Below are positions 1 through 14,966 of a DNA stretch of 64,000 bases, piece after piece. The first letter of the stretch is position 1. Each line of letters opens with the position of its first letter. The stretch covers positions 256,808,055 to 256,872,054 of the forward strand of contig NC_133622.1 in NCBI RefSeq assembly GCF_048593235.1, read 5' to 3'. The notes under the pieces are model-generated. The model did no database searches. It was not told where the DNA came from and saw only the letters and a list, made by a program, of their open reading frames with translations. Origin of the DNA: Sminthopsis crassicaudata (taxonomy: Eukaryota). The translations under genes were made by a program, and so were the position numbers.

Positions 1-1339
1 GGGCCGGAGCGGGGCCCCCAACCTGGGGGGGTTCGAGGACAAAATGAGTCCCACAGCTCCATCCGGCTCTGGGCCTCCCAGACCCAGCCTGAGTCTGGAT
101 GGATGGAGGCGCCCCCTCATGCTGCCAGAAGCAAGAAGGCCAAACAAGAAGCCCGGGACTAGGCCGGGCACCAAATGCCCTTAGCTCGAATCCTCCCAGG
201 GACGGGAAGCTCAGCCCCTAGTCAGCCAAAGTCCTCCCCGCAGTGCATGGGAGCTGGGGCTATTCTGAAGCTGTGGCTGGACCCCCTCCCAGCCCCCTCC
301 CTGCCCAGGAGCCCACCAGGGCCTCAGCCTCCCTCCAACCAGGCCCGGGACTACGAGTACCTACTATGTGCCTGGAAGTCTAAAAACTGCCCACAGCCCT
401 CCCCTTGTCCAGGAAGGTCCAGAACAGGCCAGGACAGGACAGGACACAGGCCCCAGGCCCGGGATGGGGTACGAGCCAGGCCAGGACGGGCCCCAGGCCC
501 AGGTCGGCTCTGCAGGCCCAGGGCTCCCAGCTGATCTGGCCATGGATACCTCCTGGAAAGCCTGGAGCTCCCCTGCTGCTGCTGCTCCCCTCCAGCCTCA
601 GGGAGCCCATGTCATGGGCACCTCACAGGAGGCCCTCCTCCAGGAAGCTCGCCTGGGATCGCCCCCCCCCCCGGCTTCTCCCTTGGCTGTCTCAGGGTCT
701 CCCTGGCTCCCCAGGGATAGGGGCTGGGGATGGCCCACCAGGGGCCTTCCCCGGTCCTCAGAGCTGTGCCCACCTTCCAGCCTCTGCCTACAAGGGCCTC
801 CCATCTGAGAGCCCAGCCCTGTGGGGGATTGAGGCTGGCACCCAGGGAAGAAGAACAGGGTGGGGAGCAGACCTAGGGGCCTCCCCCCAACCCTGTGGAG
901 GTAAGGACCAGCTAGAGGGTGGGAAACCCAAAGGGGTGGGCTCTGGCTGGGCTACTCAGTGCACCATCCGGCTGCCCATGGGGGTCTGGGTCTTTGCCTA
1001 TGGGGATCTCTCACACGGGGGCGCTAAGTCCCCCTAAGTCCCCCTCGCCAGGATGTCCAGCAGACATTTCCAGGTAGATGTGCTCCGAGGGGTGCAAATG
1101 GAACCCCCTTCCAGCATCTGGGCCACCGACACCCCCCGGGGCTCCCGGCCTCTATGCCCCCAGAAGCCCCGGGCAGAATCAGGCCCTGGATTAGACTTAG
1201 TCTGTCTCTGGCTGGGTCCTGGGGCCTAGGAGAGAGGCCCTCCTCCCGTTGACTTCACCCTCATTGCCCCCCAAGCTGCACCCGGACTCCCTGCCCCCTC
1301 CTCCACTGAGAACAAGGGAGTGGAGGTCTAGAGACAGAG

Positions 1340-1925
1340 ATTAGAAAGGGGCAGGGAGAGGGAAGGGGGGGAGGGAGACAGTGAGGGAAGGAGAAAGGAG
1401 AGGGAAGGAGGGGGAGAAAGGAAGGGGAGGGGGAGACAGACAGAGGGAAGGAGGGGGGAGGGAGGGAGGGGGAGACAGAGAGGGGAGGGGGAAACAGACA
1501 GAGGGAAGGAGGGGGGAGGGAGGGGGCAGGAGAGAGGAGAGGGAAGGAGGGGGAGGGAGGGAGGGGGAGACAGAGAGAGGGAAGGAGGGGGGGGAAGACA
1601 GAGAGGGGAGGGNNNNNNNNNNNNNNNNNNNNNNNNNNNNNNNNNNNNNNNNNNNNNNNNNNNNNNNNNNNNNNNNNNNNNNNNNNNNNNNNNNNNNNNN
1701 NNNNNNNNNNNNNNNNNNNNNNNNNNNNNNNNNNNNNNNNAGGAGGGGGGAGGGAGAGAGGAGAGGGAAGGAGGGGGGAGGGGGAGACAGAGAGAGGGAA
1801 GGAGGGGGGGAAGACAGAGAGGGGAGGGGGGAAACAGAGGGAAGGAGGGGGGAGGGAGGGGAGGGGGGGAGGAGAGAGGAGAGGGAAGGAGGGGGGGAGG
1901 GGGGAGACAGAGAGAGGGAAGGTGA
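1340..1925. repeat. GA-rich low-complexity tandem repeat, interrupted by an N gap
   Basis: Repeated gagggaaggaggggg/gagacagagag units; N run at about 1612-1740. Confidence 0.9.
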
Positions 1926-3127
1926 GGGGAAGAAAGGGGCAAAAGGGAAAGTTGGCAGGAGGGATGAAAGAGAGCGGGAGGAAGAGGTCCAGAAGACCCC
2001 AGCTCTGGAGATCCAAGCTCTGCCCAAGGAATTGGGTGGGGCTCAGACAAGTCCCTTCGCCCCTCGGGCCCAGCCGGCTCCGGCACAGGAGGAAGGGGCC
2101 ACTGACAGATAAACTGAGACCTTCAAATCCTAAGGTCCCAGGCTCCACCTCTGGTCCACCTTGGCCCCGCCTCCCCACCCCCAGGGCCGAAATTCCCTTT
2201 TAGGGGATGGAAGCCACCCCCGAAAAGCCTCCGCCACTGCCAGGCCCAGGCCCCCGGCCCCGGCAGCCGTCTCCATCCTGATTCCCCGCGGTCCGTTTCC
2301 TTTCCTCATCCCCCCAGGAGCCATTGAGGGGAAGGCCGGAGGCCCGGACCGCCCTTCCTCTCCCCCCCCAGTCCCCAATAGGACCAGGAGGGACTTGGCG
2401 GCCCCCACCCTCCTGGCGCTTCCCCCAGCTGGCTTTTAGTGGTTTCCAGGCCCCAAAATCCAGGTCCAGCCATTAAATAGCAGACGGAGAGGCTGAGCCC
2501 CCCAGCTCTTTCCCGCCTCTCTGGGGACCGGCTCCTGAGCCTCCGGGGGGATCGGACCATCCCAGCCCTGGCCCAGAGAGCCAGGACCCCCACCCTCCTC
2601 CTGCCTGGGACCCCTCCCCACCTGAAAGGCATCCCCTGAGGAGAGCCTGGCCCCTCCCCCGCTCCCAGCCCCTAGCTGCCAGGGATCACTGGGGCTTAGT
2701 ACAGATTGTCCGGCCTCCTCCCTCCAGAGACTCCCCAAGAACAGCCCAGCTGTGGCCGGGGATTAGGCCCCGCAAAGCAGAGCAAGAAGCGGGCGGGAAG
2801 GGCTAGCTATCAGGAAGACGTTGCTCCGGGTGAGGAGGCTGTCCCAGAGCGGCCCGGGGCGCCCCCGACAGGGGGGCTGGCTCAGCCCAAAAGCGGGCGC
2901 CCGGCATCCGGCCCAGGCTGAATCTCGCCGTTTCGGGACCAAGGTCTCGACTCCTCGCCAAGAGCCGGGGGCCGGCGAGCGCTCCGCCTCCCCACAAACG
3001 CTCGACCGAGGAGGAGTCTGGCCGGGGTCCCCGCTCCCCTCCGTCTGCCGATCCTCCGGGCCGGCCCCTCCCCCAGCACAGGGGCGCGCCCTGGACCCGG
3101 CTCGGGAGCGGCTGCCCAGCCACTTAC

Positions 3128-3390
3128 CTCGGCCCGAGCTCCGCGGCCTCCCGCCCCCAAGCAGCCCCCCCCCCAGGCCGTGAGAGATGGAGGGCCACGG
3201 GCGGGACGGGACCGAGGCGAGCCTGCGAAGCGCCGGAGCCGCTGCCAGCTCTCCGGGGAAAAGCCCAGCACCCCCTTCGGATCCCCCGGGCCTGGAGGCC
3301 ACCCCCCTGCTTCCGTCTGAAGCCAATTAGGCAGCGGGGATTCGCAGGGGAGGGGGCGGGACGCGAGTGGGGGCGGGGCGGCCGAGTGCC
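3128..3390 (-). promoter_or_regulatory. TSPAN4: Putative TSPAN4 non-coding first exon and GC-box/CCAAT promoter (copy 1)
   Basis: Consensus minus-strand donor GAG|GTAAGTG (plus cacttacctc, 3121-3130), with CCAAT near 3325 and GC boxes at about 3350-3385 upstream. The gene name is inferred only from head-to-head TSPAN4/POLR2L synteny in human; no TSPAN4 coding exon is visible. Confidence 0.45.
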
Positions 3391-4216
3391 CCCCGTCTGG
3401 GAGTGGGGGGGACTGTGTGCGTTGGTGGGGGGGCACTGTGTGTGTTGGGGGAACGCTCTTCCGGCATCCGAGATGCCGAGAGCCGTGGGGGCTGGAGGCA
3501 GAGAGATGGCGGCGAGGGACGACCCCCGGGGGATCGGGGTCCTTCTCCCGACCCCTTCCCTGAGGACTCCGTTGCGGGCTCGGAGATGGAGGAGAGAAGT
3601 CAGAGTCTTCTCGGCCCCCACGCGGGTCGGCGGGTCCATCCCCCCTCTCCGAGCCCGGCAGAGGACGATCGGGCTGTCCGAGAGGACCACGCGCTCGCTC
3701 CCCGGGGCCCCGAGCGCCGGCCGGGCAGAAAGCCTCCTCCAAGTCCTGGGGCCAAAATGGGGCCCCTGCCGCTCCCCAAGGGCCTCAGGGCGTTACGCGA
3801 GGCAGCAAGTTCCAGCCCGGGCTCGCGCCCTCAGCGGCGGCGCCTCCGCCAGTCGCGCCGTCCAGGCCCAGGGTAGGCGGCTCTGCAGCAGGGACTCCCG
3901 GAGCGCACCCCGCGCAGCGCGGAGCCAATGAGCTCGGGAGGCGGGGGCGGCAGCTCCGCCTCGGACTCAGCCCCGCCTCCCAGCTGTCACTCAAATCCAG
4001 AGCGAGAAACGCGCCCGGGCACGGGCCGAGACCTTCTGGCCTAAGCGCGCCGCCGTAGGTGTGGGCGAGACCATCACCACACCGGAAGAGAGGTTGAGAT
4101 GCGCCCCCACGCCGCCGCGGCTTCTCGGGGCCACGCAGCCCGAGACCCCACACGCAGAGAACCGGGTCTGCGGCCTCGGTGAGAACTTCGAGCGGGGTGA
4201 AAAGGGAGCGGGGCCG

Positions 4217-4280
4217 AGCCACTTCCTGCCTCCCTCCCCCCGCTGTTCCAGGCAGTGGAAACAGCCGGAAGCGGAAGCGG
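4217..4280 (+). promoter_or_regulatory. POLR2L copy 1 core promoter with tandem ETS/GABP motifs
   Basis: ccggaagcggaagc at 4265-4278 and an inverted cacttcct near 4220, within a CpG island. Confidence 0.6.
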
Positions 4281-4326
4281 GGACGAGAGGAGGCGGGACT
4301 CCCAGTGTTGCCGGAACTCGGGCTGA

Positions 4327-4686
<360 letters not shown>

Positions 4687-5447
4687 GCCCGCCCCGCGGG
4701 GAGGCGCGAGCCCCGTGCGAGGCGAGGCCCCCCAGCCCCGGCCGCCCCGGGATCCCAGCGCGAAATTAAGCTGTGTTTGGGAAGTGGTGCCGTCTCCCGG
4801 GGGCTCCTGCGGGCCCCGAGGCCCCGCCCCCTCCGCGCCGAAGACTTTTTTCAGTGTGTTAAAATTGACGTTGCATGGCGTGAAATAAAAGTTTAAACAC
4901 TGGTCTATTTCAGGTGTACTTGAACAAATCCCTCGGGACCCCTGGTGACGCCCCATCAGCCCCCCCCAAGCGAGCTGCCCCTCCGGGGCTGAATTGCTTC
5001 CCCTTTTAAAGTTCACCACAGCGGGGGAGCTCCGAGGAGGGCACCCGCCGAACTGGGGCCCGGCCCGCCCTTCTTCCCAGCATGCCTCTGTGTGGGCCCC
5101 CCACTGAGCCTCGGGCCTGGCTTGTGCCCAGGCCGTGCCTCCTGCTCCTCGTGGGCTTCACCCGCTGCCTGGCACTGCGGGCCTTCGTACATGCGGGTGG
5201 GCGTGAGCCCTTGCGCTGGTCCCTCAGCAGGGGGAGCCTTGGTGCTTCCCGGATGGAGCTGGCCCCCCATTTTATTCCCCCAAGAAAGACCCTCTGTCGG
5301 ATGACCAGGAGAGTGTTTTATTCAAGCGTCCCAGCCCTCCTATCCCCGGAGCAAGACCCTCCCGGGAGAGCCCAGGACCACCGGCCCCTCCCCCAGCACA
5401 GGGGTGCACCCTGGAGAAGGCTCGGGAGCGGCTGCCCAGCCACTTAC

Positions 5448-5690
5448 CTCGGCCCGAGCTCCGCTGCCTCCCGCCCCAAGCAGCCTCCCCCGTCCCCCCC
5501 GAAGCCGCGAGAGATGGAGGGCCACTGGCGGGACGGGACCGAGGCGAGCTGCCTGCTCTCCGGGGAAAGCCGAGCACCCCTTCGGATCCCCCGGGCCTGG
5601 AGGCCACCCCCTGCTTCCGTCTGAAGCCAATTAGGCAGCGGGGATTCGCAGGGGAGGGGCGGGACGCGAGTGGGGGCGGGGCGGCTGAGT
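5448..5690 (-). promoter_or_regulatory. Duplicated TSPAN4-like first exon and promoter (copy 2)
   Basis: Same donor cacttacctc at 5441-5450 and the same CCAAT/GC-box block at about 5625-5685, inside duplication unit 2. Confidence 0.4.
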
Positions 5691-6404
5691 GCCCCCGTCT
5701 GGGAGTGGGTAGGGACTGTGTGTGTTGGGGGAACGCTCTTCCGCCATCCGAGATGCCGAGAGCCGTGGGGGCTGGAGGCAGAGAGACGGCGGCGAGGACG
5801 ACCCCTTCCCTGAGGACTCCGTTGCGGGCTCAGAGATGGAGGAGAGAAGTCAGAGTCTCCCAGCCCGGCAGAGGACGATCGGGCTGTCCGAGAGGACCAC
5901 GCGCTCGCTCCCCGGGGCCCCGAGCGCCGGCCGGGCAGAAAGCCTCCTCCAAGTCCTGGGGCCAAAATGGAGCCCCTGCCGCTCCCCAAGGGCCTCAGGG
6001 CGTTACGCGAGGCAGCAAGTTCCAGCCCGGCCTCCCGCCCTCAGCGGCGGCGCCTCCGCCAGTCGCGCCGTCCAGGCCCAGGGTAGGCGGCTCTGCAGCA
6101 GGGACTCCCAGAGCGCACCCCGCGCAGCGCGGAGCCAATGAGCTCGGGAGGCGGGGGCGACAGCTCCGCCACGGACTCAGCCCCGCCTCCCAGCTGTCAC
6201 TCAAATCCAGAGCGAGAAACGCGCCCGGGCACGGGCCGAGACCTTCTGGCCTAAGCGCGCCGCCGTAGGTGTGGGCGAGACCATCACCACACCGGAAGAG
6301 AGATGCGCCCCCACGCCGCCGCGGCTTCTCGGGGCCACGCAGCCCGAGATCCCACACGCAGAAAACCGGGCCTGCGGCCTCGGTGAGAACTTCGAGCGGG
6401 GTGA

Positions 6405-6916
<512 letters not shown>

Positions 6917-8021
6917 GCCCGCCCCGCGGGGAGGCGCGAGCCCCGTGCGAGGCGAGGCCCCCCAGCCCCGGCCGCCCCGGGATCCCAGCGCGAAATTAAG
7001 CTGTGTTTGGGAAGTGGCGCCGTCTCCCGGGGGCTCCTGCGGGCCCCGAGGCCCCGCCCCCTCCGCGCCGAAGACTTTTTTCAGTGTGTTAAAATTGACG
7101 TTGCATGGCGTGAAATAAAAGTTTAAACACTGGTCTATTTCAGGTGTACTTGAACAAATCCCTCGGGACCCCTGGTGACGCCTCATCAGCCCCCCCCCCA
7201 AGCGAGCTGCCCCTCGGCGGCTGAATTGCTTCCCCTTTTAAAGTTGGGGGGGGAGCTCTACTGGGGCTCCGGGCCCGCCCCTCTTCCCAGCATGCCTCTG
7301 TGTGGGCCCCCCACTGAGCCTCGGGCCTGGCTTGTGCCCAGGCCGTGCCTCCTGCTCCTCGTGGGCTTCACCCGCTGCCTGGCACTGCGGGCCTTCGTAC
7401 ATGCGGGTGGGCGTGAGCCCTTGCGCTGGTCCCTCAGCAGGGGGAGCCTTGGTGCTTCCACGATGGAGCTGGCCCCCCATTTTATTCCCCCAAGAAAGAC
7501 CCTCTGTCGGATGACCAGGAGAGTGTTTTATTCAAGTGTCCCAGCCCTCCCATCCCCGGAGCAAGACCCTCGGGGAGAGCCCAGGAGCACCGGCCCCTCC
7601 CCCAAAGCCCCGTGCGGGGGACCCTGACCTTCCCTGCCCTCCTTTCCACAAAAGGCACAGGCTAACGGGTGGACGCTCTCAAGGCACTTGATACCCCCCC
7701 AGGGGTCATGGGGCTAGGGGTCAGCCTGGAGATGAGGGGTACCCAGGGGAAAGGAGACCCACTCTGGCCCTGTCCCCTCCCCCATGGGTGGAGGCTGCCT
7801 CCTGGCCTGGCATCCGCCCCTCTTCAGGAAGGGTCCAGGACCTCCCCGGGGGGCGGGGCTTATCAGCAGGCTGGGTCAGCCAGTGGGGGGCAGAGGCTTC
7901 CCCACCGAGTCAGTAGTTTCTAAGCAGTAGTCGTGCTGGGCTGTAGCTTAAGTACAAAGACAAAGGAAGGCGGCAATAACTTAGCGTGGGGCAGGCGGGC
8001 GCCCCTTCCCCTGGAGTCGGC

Positions 8022-10605
<2,584 letters not shown>

Positions 10606-12585
10606 GGCGAGCGCCCAGGTGGGGAGGGGGCTCCCAGTCTAAGGGGAGACCTGGGGGGCGGCAAGGCCGGTTAGGGAGGCGGCCCGCGCGGACACCCCCT
10701 TCCTCAGGGACTCAGGACAAGGGCCGGCTTCCAGGCAGAAATGACGAGTCCAGAAGGGAAGGGCCCCCCTCCTCCCACCCCCCCAGCGGCATGGCCAAGT
10801 TCATTTCCTCAGCCCTGGGGACCCAGGCGTCCAGAGGAAGCCCGAGGGCAGGAAGCCCCCCCAGGCCCAGGGAGCAGGCTCTCCCTCACACCCGGCCCCG
10901 CCCCGGCCCGCATTCCCTAGGCCCAACGTCAGGCTGGGCCCAGCCAAGGGGAGCGGAGCCCGAGCCGGGCAGGAATTGACCGGCCCTGGGGGAGGAGGAA
11001 GCTCTGGAACCCCTGGGGGAGGAGGAAGCTCTGGAACGGAGGGAGGGCAGGGAGGGCCAGTGGTCAAGGCCGGCTGCCTCTGCCCTGCTCTCCCTCCGGC
11101 CCCTTGGAGACCTCTCCCTCACCGGGGGACCTGGGGGGGGAGGGGGCTGGTCCCTTTTCTATAGGATGAGGCTCCGCCTCTCAGGGCCCTTCCTGCTCTA
11201 ACCATTGGTCTCCAGCACCTACTAAACAGCAGAAGCTTCTCAGTGCCCCGTCTGCCCGGCTGGCTCCTTCTCTGGCTCCGACCCTCAGCCCAGCCCGTGG
11301 AGGCCGCCCCATCTGGGGTTTTTGGACAAAATGGCTGAAGGAGCCCGCAACCAGAGGAGAGGAAGGTGGGCCGGGGCGCCTGCCGGCCGGCCCCCAACCA
11401 ACCCTGGACAGCAGCAGCCGCTGCTCGGCCAGCCTGACTCGGTTTCCCGCCCTCGCCTGGACTTTAGCCCCCTGGCTCCTGCCCAGCAGCCTGCCCTGCC
11501 CACTTATCGGCCGTGTGCCTCCCAGCCCTTCCTGTGCACCTGGTGTGAGGAGAGGTCCCGAGCGGGGGAAGGGGCTCCGACTGCGACTCCGGCCCCCAAA
11601 GGAGGTGGCCACTCTGGCACAGGAGAAGGGAGGGTCAAAGGCCAAGCCTTCCTAGAGCGAAGGGAGAATCTCAGGGCCCCCCCCAAGGCTCCCAGAGACC
11701 CAGCCTCTGTAAACATTCAGAGGGCGCCTGCACTCTGGGGGGCGGGGGCTCCAGGACCTCAGCAAGCTAGGGCCAAGGGCGGAGGGGGCCGGGAGACCTG
11801 GGCTACCAGGACAGCGGGCAGCCCCGCAGCCCCTCGGGAAGTCCCGTGGCTCCCAGAGGTGCCCCTCAGGGGTCAGGGCGCCCACGGGTGCCCCCCGTGC
11901 AGAGAAGGGGAAGGCGCCGGACGTGCCCCTGCCCAGCCCGGCTTCCCAGGATCTGAGCCCAGGATCTCCCAGGAGATGCGGCCCCAGAGGCTGCCCCCGC
12001 TCTCCGACAGAAATAGCCCTTCCAGTCACAGGGGACAGCCCAGGGCCCCACCCCCCACGCAGCTCCCTCCACCCCGTGGCCTGGCTCACTCCCCAGAGAT
12101 GCTGGGGACAGTGGGGGGGCCCCAGCCCCCCACCAGGAGCTCCCTGCACTCAGCCAATGAGGTGGTGGGAAACAGAGGGCCCCTGCCAGGCCAAGGGGGG
12201 CTTGGAGGCCCCCACAAACACCCCCCAAACGAGCAGGCACCCCGCCACTCCTGCCCCTACAAACATCCCTGCCCTCCAGAACAGGTGCTTCATGGGGGAC
12301 CCCCTCCCACTCCTTGGGACCCTCTTTCCCGGACAAGCGCGACCACCATGGCTCTAGAAGGGAAACTGAGGCAGGGAGTCAGGCGAAGGGGGCGGGAGAG
12401 TGGGAGCCTTGTGGGCTGGGGGGGGGGGGGGGCAGAAGCAGGCCTTGGCCCTCTGCTGCTCAGGCCGGCCCGGGCCCACCCCGGAGAGGGGGGGAGGAGG
12501 GAGACGCGCGCGGCCCGGCCGGGGATCCCCCCGGCCCCCTCCCTCCCCTTCCCCCGCCCGGGCGGGCGGGGGTCCGGCCTCTCAC

Positions 12586-12730
12586 CGAGCTGTTGCGTGC
12601 GGCGGGCGCGGAGGCGGCGGCGGAGGCTCCGGTGCAGGGAGGAGACGTGGATGGGCCGGGACGGAATGTGAGGCCTCCGGGCCAGGCCCCAGACAGACCC
12701 CGCCCCGGCCGGGCCCCGCCCCCAGGGACG
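12586..12730 (-). promoter_or_regulatory. CD151: Probable CD151 non-coding exon 1 and GC-box promoter
   Basis: Minus-strand donor CTCG|GTGAG at 12581-12589, CpG island, and tandem ccccgccc GC boxes at about 12700-12722. Confidence 0.6.
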
Positions 12731-14966
12731 GGCAGCAGGCGGGCGCGCAGGCCCCCGTCCCCAACCCCGAGCCAGCGCCCCCTCCCCCAGCAGTCTGAGA
12801 ACTCCGCCCCCTAGGAAAGGACGCCCCCTGGCGACCTTCGGGGGTCCCCCCTCTCAGCTTGAGGGCTCCGAGCCGGCGGCCTCAGTGGGCCCAGTCTAGG
12901 CGGCCTGAGCAAGGGGGGGGGGGGAGCGGGAGGGGCCGCTGGGTGGGGCGGAGCTCTCTCCAGAAAGCGCTTAGCCTGGGCTTTACAGGAACTCCCCCAC
13001 CCACCCACCCCCGCGTCCCGACTGGGGGCGGGCCCTTCAGTAAAAGGGCCGCCCCCACAGCCGTCCAGCTTCCTGTGCCGGGGGGGGGGGGGGGGGGGCC
13101 GGGGGAGGGGGGAATGAAGGATCCCCCCCCACATTCCTGTACGTAGGGGTCCCGAGTGGCTGCCTTCTGCAGCCGGTGCCCCGCCCCCCCGAGCAGAGCC
13201 GGGTTCTTCCTGGCCCGCTCCGGTGCCAAGTCCATCTCTCCTCTGCGCAGGTTCGGATCCCAGCCCTGCCCGCCTCCCGCTGCGCAGCCGCTGGCGCTGA
13301 AGGACTGTCTCCTGAGCTGTCTGCGCGGAGAGCGCTGAGTAAACTGGGTACGAGAATGTTACTGTTCTGTGAGAAACCACCGGCGGGAGGGGTCCGAGGG
13401 GCCGGGAGGGAGGTGAGCCGGCCCGGGGGGCCGTCCTCGGGGCCGCAGCAACACTGCGTGATGGCCAGTCCCGGCGGACGCGCCTCTCCTCCCGGGAGAC
13501 GAGCGGAGCTGAACCCGGTGGGCCGAAGAGCTCGGCCGGGCGACTCGAACCGCCCCGGGGATTCCCGTCCCTGCGTTTTTGCCCGCCTGCATTTCCTTCA
13601 CGCGCTAATTGTGCACTGAGTCCCGTTCTCCTCGCGCACGACTGCTGGGGCGTGGAGACGGGTATCGTATTTAACTTAGGCTCTAACATGTGTAGCATGG
13701 ATGGGGCTCCGGCCGTCTGCGCTGGAAACTCACCCGGCTCCTAGCTGGTAAATGAGAACTATCCAAAGCAAACAAATAGCTGTCTCTTGCCTGGTGAGTC
13801 AGGGGCCCCACCCTCCCGAGCGCCTCGGCCGGGGTCGGAACGTTCGGCGCCCCCAGCGCGCCCCCAGCGCCGCTCCCCTGACTGCTTCTGGACGCCCCTC
13901 CTGGGGAGAAAAGGGCCGAAGCCGCCGTCTCCCCGCCTCCCGGCTATTCCGGGGAGAGGCTCTCAAAGGAGCCTCTAGGGGGCGCCGGGTGCACGGGGCG
14001 CGGGCCTGGGGCTGGGCCGCTCAGCGGCAGTGACCCTGGTCACTTAACGGGATAAATAGGGAGAAATAACAGCCCCTCCCGGCCAGACTTGTGGGGATCC
14101 AGTGAGATTGCAGTTATAGAGCGCCCAGCAACACATCCCTCCCCCTCCTAAGCAGTAAGGGGCCGTGACAAAAGTCGCTCCCAGAGGGGTGGGGAGTTGC
14201 TGGGCCCAAGCCCCGAGGCCCCGAGCTCCCCAAGCCGCCAGGGGCCTAAGACTCCCAGGGCCAGGCTCGGGCTTGGTTGCCCGACTCAGGAAGGGCAAGT
14301 GTAGGGTGCTGGGCCTCCCCCCCAACCTCTCCGCCATCAGAATAGCCAGCCCCATCTAGTGGGGAAAAGGCAATAGGGGCGCATGGCCCAGCCTGGGGGG
14401 CGGGGCCCAGCCTGGGGGGCGGAGCCCGCCCCCCACCTGGAAGGCCTCCCCCTCCTGGGCCTGTCCCAGAGCCTGCCTTCTCCCCCCCTCCCCCCCCCCC
14501 CCGTGCCCCCCCCAGCAGCTCGGACAGTGGGCTTCCCGCGGGTGTCAGTGGTGGGCCGATCGCCCACTCGTGCTCTGCCCCCCAGCCCCAGAAACACGCC
14601 AGGGCCGGTGGGTGCGTGGCCAGCTTTATTTGGGAGTTTGGACGGAGCCTGCTCAGGACAGGACAGAAGATGCGGCGGGTCAGTCCTGCCCCTCCAGGGA
14701 AGGCTTGCTGGGGACCAGGAGGGCTGTGGCGGGACGCAGGAGCTGGGGGGACGCAGCCCCCCCTCCCCCAGGGTCAGCCGCGACCTTCCTGAGGCCCGTC
14801 CCACAGCCAGCACAGAAGTGAGCCGACAGTTCCCAGGGGGAGCTGCTCCCTTATGGCCTGCACCAGACTGAGGCTTTGGGCTGCGGCCCGCCCTGTCAGG
14901 GAGAGGCTGGAGACGGGAGGCAGGGAGGTGCTCCCACGGGGGCCCAGCTGGGCCGGGCAGCCTCAG

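Noticed and set aside
1-3060. TSPAN4 coding exons
   Set aside because: No tetraspanin-like translation was found on the minus strand; the coding part is probably outside the window.
13156-13338. 60-aa ORF resembling a mitochondrial targeting peptide
   Set aside because: It starts at GTG, has no downstream exons or recognisable homologue, and the Arg/Ser/Ala composition is expected from GC-rich DNA.
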